From Eledone cirrhosa (taxonomy: Eukaryota), in NCBI GenBank assembly GCA_964016885.1, contig OZ024741.1, forward strand, positions 383,098,001 to 383,162,000: 64,000 nt of DNA, in the 5' to 3' direction. Made by a program: the position numbers and the translations under genes. Below the pieces are notes generated by a model, which saw only the letters and a program-made list of their open reading frames with translations, did no database searches and had not been told where the DNA came from. Shown here piece by piece: positions 28,268 to 41,915 of the stretch (position 1 is the first letter of the stretch; each line of letters begins with the position of its first letter).

Positions 28268-29022
28268 CTAGGGCGGGTAAAATTCCCGAGATCCATGGAC
28301 GTGTTCTCTCCAGTGGTCTCTGTCCCTCATTATCGCTGCCATGTCCTGCGTCTCCAGCAGACCAATGTCTGTCCTTAGGGCATCGACATACGTTAACCCT
28401 GGTCTTCCTCTTCCAGTGAATCACTGTAGGGGCTCCCAGAGGAGCATTGAGTGCAATGTAAACTCTGCATGTCGGTGAGCATGTCTAGCTAACCTCAATC
28501 TCCTCTGTGTCACTTTTGAGCTGACTTTTGGACACTGAATTTGCCGACGACATAGTTTTGGTGACAAATACAGTGAAGGAAGTAGAGGATTTGATGCAGG
28601 AGGTTGAGACTGTGTCGATGAGTCTGGCGCTGAGAAGGAATTAGACTAAAACAAAGTACATCTGGTAGAGAATGTTGAGTAGCCACAGGGGATTACTAAT
28701 GTAGGCGGGAAGCCGCTAGAATTGGTTGAGGACTTCCTGTAATTGGGAGCAAAGATTGGCAATACGGAAGGTGATGTGGTTGAGAGGAAGAGCAAAGCCT
28801 GGGAGGCGTGCAACAGCTTGAGATCGGTGTGGAAGTAAAGACCTGAAAATCCGCCTCTTTATTGCTGTAGTGGAGTCTGTGCTGCTGTACGGGTCTGAGA
28901 CTTGGACACTGACCAAGAAACTCACTTAGATGTTGGATGGGTGCTACACAAGTATGACAAGGATGGCTCTGAACATTAATCAGTATACACTGTGGATGAA
29001 AAACTCAGAGCTGTATGGGAGA
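28268..29022. mobile_element. Rearranged RTE copy (3' end on minus 28268-28532, upstream part on plus ~28540-29022)
   Basis: Both parts match 23620-24053 in opposite orientations. Confidence 0.8.
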
Positions 29023-29029
29023 TGTATGT

Positions 29030-29063
<34 letters not shown>

Positions 29064-29068
29064 GTATA

Positions 29069-29113
<45 letters not shown>

Positions 29114-29149
29114 ATATATATCTATATATATACATCTCTATGTACATAT

Positions 29150-30250
29150 ACATGTGTCTCTGCGTGTATCTTCGCCGAGGTGCGCGACCTGCCTTTGCCT
29201 ACCAGGTTGCGTGTTTTGTCGCTAATCTGTTTGCGCGTATTAGCGGGAAGGTGGCGTTCGAGGGCTATATTCACGAATCGGACGCCCTCCCTCATAAATT
29301 CCTCGCCTTTCACCCTCAGGGATTAAATCTCAGCTTCCGACCAACATCCCTTCTCCTTTCGGCGGGATTCGGGTCCTATTAGTTCTCCTGCTCGCACTAC
29401 TCTCTTCCTCTCCAGTTCGCTACTGTAACTGGCAATGCGACTGGCGTTCGAATCTTTCGGATGTCAGTGGCGCATGTGCTGCGATACTCCAGAGGATGTG
29501 GCGATAGGCCGGCTGCAGACGTGCCTTTCGGGACGTGCGGGAGGAGGGGGGGTCGGTGGGGCCGAGGTAGAGAGACGCTCCAGAACAGCAGCCCGCATGT
29601 ACCCTGATCCAGTGGAGGTTTCCGCATTTTCTCTCGCACCAGCGGCACCGGAAGAACGGACGGACCCCATGGTGGTCGTGCTGATGTTGGCCCCAAGCGG
29701 CCGGTGAGGAAAACTGTCTAGGGCAATGGCGGCAGTGCAACAGCGGCTCCCCGTTCGGGATTGGAATTCCCGAATCAATGTTCGCAGGAGCCGCAATTAA
29801 CAGATTAGCGCATTTAGGGGAGTGTATGAACCGAAGTCGAGTACGAAACATTACCCGTTCCGCGAGGTATCAGGATTGATGGTAAGAAAAATGTGTTTTC
29901 AGACGGTCCGGCAACCTTACTACATTGAAGACCCAGGCCAGTGTTTCTACCACGAGGCGATAGCTGCGCGCAATGGCGGATCGAGACGATCCGCAATTGC
30001 TGACCAGGGTCTCTCGCCCCGTTTCCCCTGGCCACGTGTTTAACGGGTCCACGCTCTCGGATGAAGGGTCTATGCTTAATCATTTCATGTTGCGCTCGTT
30101 TCCACATTCTTAGTTTGTTTATGCATGGACTGACCATCCGAGTTTGGTTGGACCTGACGAAACAACTACCGGTACTGGAGCCGTTTCTCTCGTACCGTTC
30201 TATCCAAATGTTAAGCTCTCTTCCCACGACAAGGTGATGTGGCGGCGGTG
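29150..30250 (-). mobile_element. 5' portion of an R2-like site-specific retrotransposon (three zinc fingers + Myb), disrupted
   Basis: CRHC..HQHDHH (CCHH), CRWC..HAGCC (CCHC), HVC...SGVSQHMRH.H (degenerate CCHH), WSEAEI...[20 protein letters not shown] (Myb-like); GC-rich island. Confidence 0.75.
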
Positions 30251-30319
30251 CGAATCATTTCATTAAATACTCTCAGTTTAGTACCATTTATCTGAACACA
30301 AATACTCGAGCCTTCGTTT

Positions 30320-31130
30320 AAAGACATCACGGCAGCAAGAAGATGACCATGGATCTCATACTCCATAACAGGTTACGAGGAATGCAGCCATATACATTTT
30401 CAAAGTCGATAAAACAACAATATACCTCTTGGCAATACTCTCACAATTTCTCGCAAATCTGTCGCAGTGTGAATATTTGGTCGTTTCTGCATCCGGGGCG
30501 AAAACTGCACTGTTCATCAGATAATATGGACTTGACAATTTCCCATCTGTTTGCCAGACACTTACCATAGACTTAACCTGGGAGGCTGAATAAGGAGATC
30601 CCCTGTAATTGAAGAACTCTTTCATGTCCCCCTTTTTGAAAATTGGAATCATCACTTCCAATTGCTTAGGTGCCTTTCCAGTGATTCAGGCAACCTGGCA
30701 CATATGAATCAGCCAGAGAATACTTTCTCTATATAAGGTTTTAACACCTCGGACCGGATTTCATCTTTCCCATCGGCTCAAATACATTTAAGCTCTTTAA
30801 CTGCTCTTCGGACTCCGGCCTTTGAAAGACCAATAAGCGCTCCCATATGCACCTCCTCAGCCTCTGAAGATGCTATTGCGATCAGGATTAAGATATCAGC
30901 AAAGTATTCTCTCCACCTCACAAGGATGCACATCTCTTAAGAAAGGAGTACCCTTGATGCGTTCTTAATAGCAGTTGTGGAGGAAGGCTTCTTATTACAA
31001 AGTCGGCAATGGTCTCCCAGGATACTTAACTTGCTGATATGAAATCGGATTCCAGCTCAAACTGAAAGTGTTGCCAAATGTTAACTTTGGGCGCCTTTAA
31101 CGTCTGTGATTCTCCCTGTCTATTTGTACT
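30320..31130 (-). pseudogene. RTE-type LINE RT N-terminal fragment
   Basis: IPIFKKGDMKEFFNYRG; downstream CFIDFE.VY motif in another frame. Confidence 0.75.
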
Positions 31131-31396
31131 GCAAGTGCAGTGTGTATGTATGTGTATGTATATATATATAGTTGAAAATTGCAAACTTGACTGTCACCAC
31201 ACAATCTGAACCTGGAGATTGCGAAAGCATGAAAGTACTTGTTCAATTAACACTTAACATTTAATATTCTACCATACTATTTCATTCTAATACCATTATA
31301 AATTTTAAAGGATTGTAAATAAAACGAGTAAATCAGACAAAGTTGGAATTCCTTTTATTAATATAATCTTCTAGACACAATGTATATTTATATATA

Positions 31397-31439
<43 letters not shown>

Positions 31440-31490
31440 AGATAACAAGTTATCGTTATAGGTAATCCAGTTAGAGGTTGTGAATACTCC

Positions 31491-31598
31491 GTTTTCTGAT
31501 GACTTGGTTAAGCATACATCGTATTTGAAATTGAGTGACACAACTTCAAGTTATTAGCAATTTTAAGACAACTTAATCAATGAAACAATTGTAAATAC
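31491..31598 (+). ncRNA. Minimal hammerhead with long loop II
   Basis: gtttt CTGATGA c ttggttaag...cttaatcaa t GAAA caattg TA aatac; 9-bp stem II; lies in a ~240-bp island between (TA)n. Confidence 0.78.
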
Positions 31599-31913
31599 TG
31601 TAAATAAACAATTGTAAATACAGTAAATAAAACCCTTCTTGTACTGTTGACCATGTTATTCTTCACTCTTTCACTATATTTATATATATATTTCGTTTCT
31701 GAATTTGTTTAGCAAGATTCTTTATCTGAAATCGTGTGTTGAAACCGATATTGTTATACTTTGGGAGGGTCATGTTGCCAATAAGAAACACACGCACCAG
31801 TTGCTTTCACTTCAATTTATTATATATCTATAAATTTATAAATTTACAAATCTACAAATCTATAAATTTCTGGTTGGTTGGTTGGTTCCACAACCAGATA
31901 GTTGTTTATATAT

Positions 31914-31958
31914 AGTCATAGTCCTTTCGTTACGCACTCTGTGACCTCTTCAGTGACT
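31914..31958 (-). ncRNA. Minimal hammerhead of PLE family 3
   Basis: agtca CTGAAGA g gtcac agagtgc gtaac GAAA ggac TA tgact. Confidence 0.75.
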
Positions 31959-32159
31959 GGGGATTCCTTTCTTTCTGTGCCTTTCCTTTCTTCTGTCCTA
32001 CGCCATTTTGTTTCTGTGTGTGTGTTGTGTGCTCAGTTTGCGCATGCGCCACATCCGGGTGTCTGTGTGTGTTTGTGTTCATTTATCTATTTGTTTATTT
32101 ATTTACATGTTATTGGTTAGTTGTTTGTTCTATGTGTGTGTGTGTTTTCGTTTTGTCCT

Positions 32160-33253
32160 TAATTGTAAGTTGTGATGTTGCTGTTCCACTCATATTTTCT
32201 ATTTAATTTTGGTTGTAATTCTTTTATGTTTATTGCCTCTGTAATTTGTCTAAACATTGCATCTTTTCTGTGTGTAGATTCTATTTTTATTTCTATGTTC
32301 TCTAATTTACCCTTGTGTTCTATCTTAGCATGTTGGTAGAGTACAGGTGATTCTTTATTATCTTGAAGGTCTCACCAGTGTTCATTTATCCGTTCCCCTA
32401 TACTACGAGCTGTCTCACCTATGTGCACTATATTTTTGCTTCTACATTGTCCTTCAGTACATCTTATGCTATACACTACATTTCTAGTTTTACAGTTAAT
32501 ATGGGGGCTTATTTTACAGGTTATACATTTCTTATCTATACATGAGGGTCTTTGGAACGGGTATGTCTTGCTAATAAGTGTTTTTACGGAGGTACCTGGT
32601 CTTTCTACTATCTTAATATTGAGTTTATGTTTATTTAGGGCCCTTCTAAATTTGTAGGCTAGTTCGCCTCTTGGGGTTGTATCGATGAACATTACACTCT
32701 GGTATTTATTGCTATCATACCATGCGTTTATTCTATTGGCCTTGTTCCTAGTTCTTTCTATTCTATTCCAAAATTTGCTCCTATACAAGGGGCAGGTCCC
32801 ATTTATGTCATTATTTACCATTTTTTCCCATTTGGTTCTGGCTCCTCTATACACTCTGATTCTATCTCTCTGATTGTAGCCAGAGAACTGCATACGGTGG
32901 ATGAAGTGTTGTATGTGTCTCTCTAGTTCTTCGGGGTTGCACATGCGGGACACATTTCTCATCACCCGTACCAAATCCGCAATCAGTATGTTGATTTTGG
33001 TATGGTCCGAAATGGCCGAGTTTCGGTGGATCAGATGTTTGGAAGTCATGGGTTTGGCATAATGGGAATGGAGGATTTGTTTTTGGTTGTTAATGGTACC
33101 TAACCAGAGCTCTGTGTCTAGTACAGGTAATCGATGGTTGGGGTGTCTACTTGGGTAGTCTATAGTAACTCTAATGCTCTGGTGGATGGAGTTTGCTATT
33201 TGCTGGATGCTTTCCATTGTGTTTTTCTCTAGTTCCTGACTGTTCTCTAGTGT
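32160..33253 (-). pseudogene. PLE RT thumb + GIY-YIG fragment
   Basis: LPVLDTELW, KPMTS, C..KC..C, VVYSIRC...HIGET.RS..ER..EH; frame broken at ~32372. Confidence 0.85.
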
Positions 33254-33525
33254 ATATTTAAAGAATTACAACCAAAATTAAATAGAAAATATGAGTGGAA
33301 CAGCAACATCACAACTTACAATTAAGGACAAAACGAAAACACACACACACATAGAACAAACAACTAACCAATAACATGTAAATAAATAAACAAATAGATA
33401 AATGAACACAAACACACACAGACACCCGGATGTGGCGCATGCGCAAACTGAGCACACAACACACACACAGAAACAAAATGGCGTAGGACAGAAGAAAGGA
33501 AAGGCACAGAAAGAAAGGAATCCCC

Positions 33526-33570
33526 AGTCACTGAAAAGGTCACAGAGTGTGTGACGAAAGGACTATGACT
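33526..33570 (+). ncRNA. Hammerhead of PLE family 3, G8A mutant
   Basis: agtca CTGAAAA g gtcaca gagtg tgtgac GAAA ggac TA tgact. Confidence 0.6.
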
Positions 33571-36500
33571 ATATATAAACAACTATCTGGTTGTGGAACC
33601 AACCAACCAGAAATTTATAGATTTGTAGATTTGTAAATTTATAAATTTATAGATATATAATAAATTGAAGTGAAAGCAACTGGTGCGTGTGTTTCTTATT
33701 GGCAACATGACCCTCCCAAAGTATAACAATATATATATATTAATATATATATATATATATAAATATAACTTATATTACTGTCACCTTCAAAATTGTCTTT
33801 ACATTTTCAATGGTTCGCTAGAAATATGTAAGCAACGTTACTATATATTAAAGTCTGTGATATATGTTTAATATATTATAAATCAGTAGAACAGGAAAAA
33901 TAATTGACACAGTGTGATGACATGACATTAACAGAAAATTTGTGAGAAGACTATGGTCAATGAATTTAATTGAAATTTCGACTGATTTAATTGGGTTTCA
34001 AATGAGTATGGTGTTATGTTTGTTGTTTATCTAATTGCAGAAATGAGTTTTTTGCCGATGTTTATACAAGTGGACATAAGTGAATTTAGTTGTCAAATGG
34101 AGAGAGACAGATAAATAGTCAACTATGAAATACGAAAAGCGAGAAGGAATAAACACGATACATATTATGAGGTTAATAAATTTGTCAGATAATTCGAATA
34201 GTCTTATTGAGAAAGAAATGTATGTGTAGTTGAAAGCGGCTGTAAGTGGAGTGGTAAATGTGGATGGGTTCTGATGAGAATATCGGTGTTCTGATAAAGA
34301 AATAGAGAAGATTCATTGAAGCGTAGATTAAAGATGATATGGGTACAGGTGAGACGTTTAGTGATAAAACATGAATATTAACAGCGTATTATCGGCGAAT
34401 CGGTTCTATTAGAAAGTAAGGTAAAATTACGCATTGTTTCTGTATCGCTGCGCTTAAAATTCAGATCCGGCCGAGGTCGAAATTGACATTCATACTTTCG
34501 CTTCGATATATAATCGCGCACTCCACCTTCAAGGTCTAGGGATGAACATTCGTGGGGTATTTTTCCTGTCTCTTCACATTCTGAGGTTCTAGAGTAGCCT
34601 AAATGCGTGTCAGACTTAAACGTTCACAAGCTTTAACACCATCATTTAGACGCTGGATACATTTATCAGAGTCCAATCAAACACAATATTGCGGAGCAAA
34701 TTATTTTCATGATAAACTGGGACTTCAAATGGTCCTAATTCACCCTTATAGAATATCAACTCCAAGTTAATACTTTTATGTCCCATAAATCATTGCGAGT
34801 AAATTGACCGGTAAAAAATATATGAAAGTATCTACATCATAGCGAACTGAAACAACTCAATTTGCCTAATGACAAATACATTTCAACTATGCCTTAAAAA
34901 CTGCGTGCATTTCTTCAAAAATATTGATTTCTTATTTAGGCAGAAGGCCAACAAATTTTGGGGTGAGAAAAGTTGACTACCTTTAGATCATTATATTGCT
35001 GGTCCTTTATTTTATCGACCACAGACGTATGAAAGGCAACATTGACTCCAGTAGCATTAGGACCCCAAAACTCAAATCAACTTTGACCTGCAGAAATTCC
35101 AACATTGCACAGTTCATGTCATAAATGTTAATTGCCTGAGCAATATGGAAATATATAGCATCCAAATATTTGTTTCTTTGCCTGTCCAAAAGAAAATTCT
35201 GTCTATATAAACCTTGAACTTGTTTCAATCTCCTTTCGCAGGCATAAAATCCCCCTTCCTTAGCAAAATCTTAAGATATCACCAAAACTCGCACTTCCCG
35301 AATTTACTTACATATATGTTGTAATTTCAGGTGCACATATATGTCAATATATGTGCACCTGAAATTACAACACTTGAACATATTTCGAATCACCTCACCA
35401 ATTCCTGAACATGCAATGTTCCCAATTATATATATAATCCCTATGTACCAATATGCGACAAGTCTGACTTTTTGTAAGCAGGTACAGTCTATCCGATGAG
35501 CTCCAATATCAACCGTCATGCAGGCTATCTGAACGAAACATATTCGAAAACCAAATATTTTTATTATGAACCATTAAATCACTAATCTTTCCTTCATTCG
35601 CTAATAGCCCAGTCATAAACTGCCCTCGTATCTCTATTATTTGTTCTCATTCGAGGTATACGAAGCCAACCTGTCCAATCACCCCATCTTTTCTGCCCTT
35701 TGATATCCACTGCACTTCTCACCAATTATGTGATAAAACCTACCTTCCATTATTGCTACTCTACCTTTTCCTATCAAACGCTATTCACATCCTCAACATT
35801 TTGTTTACATCGTGAACATGAAATCCCTACATAGCAATATCCCCAACAAAGACCGAGTGGTATTTCTTATACATATGAAGCAAATCTCTGAAACCTTTAG
35901 TACTCTACGGCGAATTAATCTATCATTTTGCTTCAACAAATGCCTCACTAAGATCTAAGATAACATTAATATATGAAAAATATGTGAGTGAATTACTTCC
36001 TCAATATTACTACAAACTATACATATTCATTAAATGGATAATAAATATTTAGTATTTAAAAGTTTTATTCTAAAATAGATAAGATTGGAATTAACTCAAT
36101 GTAATCATTCTTTATGGATATTTGGCAAATATTGTCATGGTTAGTTTAGAATAGAGTGTTGTTATGAAAACAAACATCTCGAAGCCCATATTATGTTCAA
36201 CCTGGTGATGCTGTTAGTCATGAACTTATATTTACGTCAGGAAGACATTATATATTGACTAACTGCCAATTTTCAAGAATTTAAATATTTTTAGTCATCC
36301 TTGTAAAATGTTCACTGGTGGAAATCAATATTCTCCGAGTTAGATACAGACAATCATGATTAAAAGCGTTTAATCATTTCGGTGGCATCTTAATCACTTC
36401 TTTGTAAAACTAAAATTGAATAATTGAATATATTAGTTTCATATTTTAATCGAGTTTTGGATTAATTTGCAAAGTTGTCACAGGATTCAACTGATTATCT

Positions 36501-37034
36501 GGAATATAATTTTACAGGGACGTCATATATTTTGTCACACCTTTTATATTATATGAATCTAGTTAATACACTAACATGGAAAACTCCACCAGTGTCAATT
36601 ACAAAGTCCACGACATCAAAAACATATCGCCTCAATTTATCCCTGTACTCTGGGGTTGCATCTTCTGCAAATGATTTACATTGAAATTCCCTTAAGATTT
36701 GGCTCTATACATACCTTCATTGGGGCGTCCACAAATTCTATTTTCAGTTATAATAAACTCTAGATATTTTATAGAGGGACACGTTGAGCGTTTAACGGGA
36801 GCGAACAGTTTAACAGGTCTGTTTACAATTTATTAAAAATTGGCTGATGTGTCATTTCACCTAGATGTTACACATTTACAATCTCATGACATGGATTTGA
36901 AGTTGCTTTTGCAGACAAAGCTACATAAGGTTATTCCCAGAAACAATGTAAATGTTACTTATCTTAGCTTTAATATTTATTAATACTAAAACTAAATAAT
37001 GCTATCAAAATATTAATTAATACTAATACTAAAT

Positions 37035-37209
37035 AATTGTTTCTAATTTTGGCACAAGGCCAGCACTTACCCAGTGCATTACTGGTACTTTATTTTATCG
37101 ACCCCGTAAGGATGAAAGGCAAAGTTAACCTCGGCGGGATTTGAACTCAGAATGGCAAGGGCCGTAACTCTATGCTTCAAAGCATGGCATCCGACCCTCT
37201 ACCGATACT
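37035..37209 (-). mobile_element. Nin-domain SINE
   Basis: Reverse complement of the SINE consensus. Confidence 0.82.
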
Positions 37210-37237
37210 ATCAAAATAACATTATTTAGAACATATA

Positions 37238-37425
37238 GGGCGGTGGATTGGCAGAATTGGTAGAGAGTTGGACATGCTTTCCAGCATAGTTACATCTCTT
37301 TACGATCTGAGTTCAGATCCCGCCAAGGTTAACTTTGCCTTTCATCCTTACGAGGTCGATAAAATAAAGTACCAGTAATGTACTGGGTAATTTGCTGGCC
37401 TTGTGCCGAAAGTAGAAACAATTAT
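37238..37425 (+). mobile_element. Nin-domain SINE
   Basis: SINE consensus; flanking duplication attatttagaacat. Confidence 0.85.
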
Positions 37426-37499
37426 TTAGAACATCTGTTGAGTCAGTGTTTTTATATGGATCAGGTATATAGACCACTGAGAAGAAACTAGATTATACA

Positions 37500-37925
37500 T
37501 ACACTAAAATAGTTAGGACTGTAAAAGTTATTTACTGGTGGGGTCATGTAAGAAATGAAAGTTTATACTGAAACCTGCCCAATAAAACAGCTACAACTGC
37601 ACACTTTGCTGGACATTACTGGAGAAGTAAGCTTGAAGTTATAAACGAGCTACTATGATGGGAACGATCTGACAGGAGTCGCAGTAGCGAAAGACCTGCT
37701 TCAACCTTCATCGATGACTCTCAGACGGTATAAACCTCAGTAGGGAACAGTTGCCAAGAGCAATGGAAAATCGTGAATTGTGGAGAAACTTTCTCAGGAA
37801 TGTTCAACTGTGATTGCAATGCTAGAATGGATTTAGAAGAAGAAGAAGAAGAAGAAGAAGAAGAAGAAGAAGAAGAAGAAGAAGAAGAAGAAGAAGAAGA
37901 AGAAGAAGAAGAAGAAGAAGAAGAA
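37500..37925 (+). mobile_element. Degenerate RTE 3' end with (GAA)n tail
   Basis: LHFAGHYWRSKLEVINELL.WE motif. Confidence 0.6.
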
Positions 37926-39334
37926 ATTAATCAACACGAAATCGGGTGCGATACTTTCAGGGAGCTTATTACACGTTTGCCTTGCCTTTCAAGTTATATA
38001 TAACGCTGTATTCAATTATCAGATCTACACTAAAAAGAAACAGAAAAGAGAAATTGTACTACTTCTCCATCATAATTTCTTGTAGAATTTTAAAAATCAT
38101 TGCTTTTCGTAAAATGAATAATATGAATTATAAGTCCTTTTCTTCACAGTGCAGGAAGATAAAGAATTGTGTAATAATGAGAAACGTACTGAATATAATG
38201 ATGACATCCCGCAGATAATTCAAGAGAGACTTTGAATTGAAGCCAAGTATTCACTGAAGCTAATAGAATTCGATGGATATCACTCTTGTATCGTAAATTG
38301 TGGTGCAGATAAAGAGAAATATTTACACTTTGGAAGTTAAATGAAACTAATATTCATTTTTTTAAACTTTACGTAGGGGTTATTTCACTTTTCTGATAAC
38401 GGTATTAAAAACGACGGTAAATTAAATGAAACTTCTGCTGAAAAATGTCTGTATTGAAATGTGTCTAAATATTTGAATGAGAAAAACGGATTATGCTGAG
38501 AAACCAGTAAAGTTTATTTCAAATATTTACGGACGTTGAAATCATTATAAGTTCATGAACTGTAAACATTTCTAGCGAGAGAATCATGTCAAACACTGTT
38601 AATACAATATATATAAAACTCTTTCTTTAATATACTAAGATAACATGATATTCAAATGTCCGGACTTTTAATGGTTTGTTGACTACTAAATGAGATAAAA
38701 TGAAAAAGATCTAATTTTTACAAAGTCAGACATTTAAATATTACGTGTGTGAATAAAGAAAGGGGTAGAAAAAGGATTAAAGGTAAACAGAAAATGAAGA
38801 AAGTATAAGTCTCCGATTGTAAACTGTTTGCAATGCAAAATTAAAAATTATGGGAAGTGTTTATTGATTGTTGAAAGTAACAGTAAATTTATATGTAATG
38901 AAAAGCAGTATATTTAAAACCTTGCAATTTTTATAGAATATTTCGGCAAATATTTGCAAACATAAATAGATAAAATGCATAAGACAAGTTGAGGGTGGAC
39001 TTACTAAGAAGCCTAATGTGAAAAATAAATATTCTTAAGAAATATGAAAGAAATGAACTCAAATTTAATACACATATGATTATAGATTGAGATTTGTTAT
39101 TAAAAATAAACACACACCTTTAGAGATTCGAATTATATGAATTCAATGGTAGGAATTACGCGCAAAGCGAAATAATTCTTTCATTTGTAATGAAGCTTAG
39201 AGGTAGATGTATTAAATAGTAATAGAGGATTATAGTGAATTAGAAGTCTGCTCTTACAAACGCGTGAGGTGTTAAAAATGGAAACGTGCTTGTAAAGGTT
39301 AATGTAAAAAATACTGAGTAATAAGTATATATAT

Positions 39335-39570
39335 ATGGAAAAAAATGAAACGAAATTTCGTTTCTCACTCTTAGTATGGCTGTTACTTAAATATAAGTAT
39401 GTATACGTACATACACTTATGTATACAGACTACAATAGTATGTATATATACACATACATGCACACATATATATATGTACGTATGGATTCACGGAACATTT
39501 ATTATAATGCTCGGTGTGTTTGTAAATAAACATCCCGATTAAGCCGTACAGTGTCTAGCAACCATAGTTG
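39335..39570 (-). mobile_element. Family K partial unit
   Basis: Matches 53354-53605. Confidence 0.75.
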
Positions 39571-39638
39571 CCCTTTTGTATAAATATATGTAAGTATGTA
39601 TACATATATGTATACATATATGTATGTACGTATACATA

Positions 39639-39754
<116 letters not shown>

Positions 39755-39898
39755 TGTGTGTGTGTGTGTTTGGAAAAGATTGTTTTGGTAAAAACAGGAG
39801 TAAGCAGGAGAAAGCTCTCAACAATCATTGTTTTAGTTACGAACGAGAATTTTTTAAAAATAATAAAATAAGATGCTGAGGTTACATATATCGTTTAA

Positions 39899-39986
39899 TC
39901 ATAATAATTATTTCTACGGTTCTCCATGAAATCCCGATGTCCTTCTTGCATTTGCTGTTGATTATGAGAACGGTTTCCTCAGGTGA
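39899..39986 (-). ncRNA. Hammerhead, left arm
   Basis: tcac CTGAGGA a accgttctc...gagaaccgt a GAAA taatta TT atga. Confidence 0.68.
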
Positions 39987-40124
39987 AAATCGATATAGTT
40001 GATATGTCGCTGGCAGGAAAACACACTTCCTAATACCTGTGCGCCCTCCATGCATATGCATGCAGGGCGCACAATCATTTAGATGTGTGTTTTCCTGCCA
40101 GCGACATATCAACTATATCGATTT

Positions 40125-40212
40125 TCATCTGAGGAAACCGTTCTCATAATCAACAGCAAAAGCAAGAAGGACATCGGGATTTCATAGAGAACCGTAGAAA
40201 TAATTCTTATGA
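40125..40212 (+). ncRNA. Hammerhead, right arm
   Basis: tcat CTGAGGA a accgttctc...gagaaccgt a GAAA taattc TT atga. Confidence 0.7.
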
Positions 40213-40245
40213 TTAAACGATATATGTAACCTCAGCATCTTATTT

Positions 40246-40292
<47 letters not shown>

Positions 40293-40318
40293 TGTGTGTG
40301 TGTGTGTGTGGGTGTGTG

Positions 40319-40349
<31 letters not shown>

Positions 40350-41553
40350 GATGGACTCTCCAGTCGATATCCGACGTATGAGTGTCCAACAAAAGTTCAT
40401 CTTCCTGGATGGCAGTGTCTCATGTGACATTTCAATCCCGCCAGTAACCCACACACCAAGCCACATAAGTCGGAAGAGCAAGTCTTTATGGAGAGTCTTG
40501 TAGGCATCAAGGCCCGTTGCTTCGTCACTGGTCGAGTCAACACGCAATCTCTCTACGCGATTGGATTCAAAGCTCTCGATCGTACTATGGCACCTTTCTC
40601 TTCAGTCCTTTCTGCCAGAAGCAATTTGTTCGGGGAGGGTCATATTGTTATAATATTGCCAGAAATAATAACAAAACACACTCACTGTTTGGTTGGGGTG
40701 GATTTTCGTTTCTGTATCTTTTATATCTCCATAGGTAATTTATCTGGCAATCAATGTTTATCATTGATTGACCAAAGTTTAAAAATACAGATATGAATAT
40801 ATATATATAGTCTATCAAATTTCTTTCGTCATATATCTGTGTTATCATCAGTAAAACTATTATGTTTTCCCCCGTTGTATTGTAATGCCTACGCCATTTT
40901 TTTTTTAATTCTTGTCTCTGTCTATGTTTGCACATGCGGTTGCTTGTGCCTTTCCTGTTTAGTGTGTATGTTCCTGTTTGGTGTGTGTATTCGTATTTGA
41001 GTGTATGTGTTTTTGTTTTTGTATTCTATTTATGAAAACTTGTGTGTTTACATGTGTTTGTTGTTATTGTACTTGTGTATATATATATATATTTATTTAT
41101 TTATATTTATTTATATATATAATTGGAGGCTTAGTAAAATCGAATCTTTGGCGGTGTGCAAGCAAATTCGACCTACGATATGAATGAGTTAGCAAAGCAC
41201 TCGACAAGGTAGATCCTTAGAGTAATAACATACGTTTAAATAGCTTGAAAAATTGAACATTGTGGTAGGCAAAATCTAACACACAATACCAAAGTAACAG
41301 GTTGAGAAAAAATACACCTGGACAAATCAAACGTTATACGTTTAAAGTGTTTCTATGAATCCGAAATCAAATATCAGACTTACGTAACTGGCAAGCTCGT
41401 GGTATTTATGATCGAACAGAGGATTCATTTCATCAACAGGAATTTCGTTCTACCAAAGAACGGGGCGAAATACTAGCAGCAGCGAATCGATCATTTAGTT
41501 GTCACGTGTTATTTCCAACAAGGGAAATAACACCCGGTTTTTGGCGGGTCATT

Positions 41554-41613
<60 letters not shown>

Positions 41614-41618
<5 letters not shown>

Positions 41619-41820
41619 AACGAGTAGGACCCCGACGGCTGAGCTCAAGCCGTTTCGACGGATAATTCTGGACTAAGTAGTCCAGAATTAGCCGTCAAAA
41701 CGGCTTGAGCTCAGCTGTCGGGGTCCTACTCGTTCCTATTACCCACTCTACTGCCCTAAGTATTGAGTACTTTGGTACGTTATGGTCCATCTGGTTCCTT
41801 ACCACGATTCCTTCGTTATA
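41614..41820. mobile_element. Family H foldback mini-element
   Basis: Hairpin centred near 41676, tail on the right, (TA)n flanks. Confidence 0.88.
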
Positions 41821-41915
41821 TATATATATATTAAAGTTGCGACAGTAAATAGAAAACAAAAAAAAAACGTGGAAGCGAAGAGGCAATACAAATGTTATTA
41901 TTAGTTTCACGCTTG

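Larger units (their letters stand above)
31690..33730 (-). mobile_element. Penelope-like element family 3, copy A: 5'-truncated body plus inverted pLTR
   Basis: 33260-33730 is the reverse complement of ~31748-32222; tail 31690-31747 only on the left. Confidence 0.9.
39860..40250. mobile_element. Near-perfect 390-bp palindrome carrying one hammerhead per strand
   Basis: Centre catgcatatgcatg near 40056; arms complementary out to taataaaata/tattttatta. Confidence 0.9.

Noticed and set aside
40350-40640. GC-balanced island with short ORFs
   Set aside because: No recognisable motif; likely a TE fragment but cannot be assigned without a search
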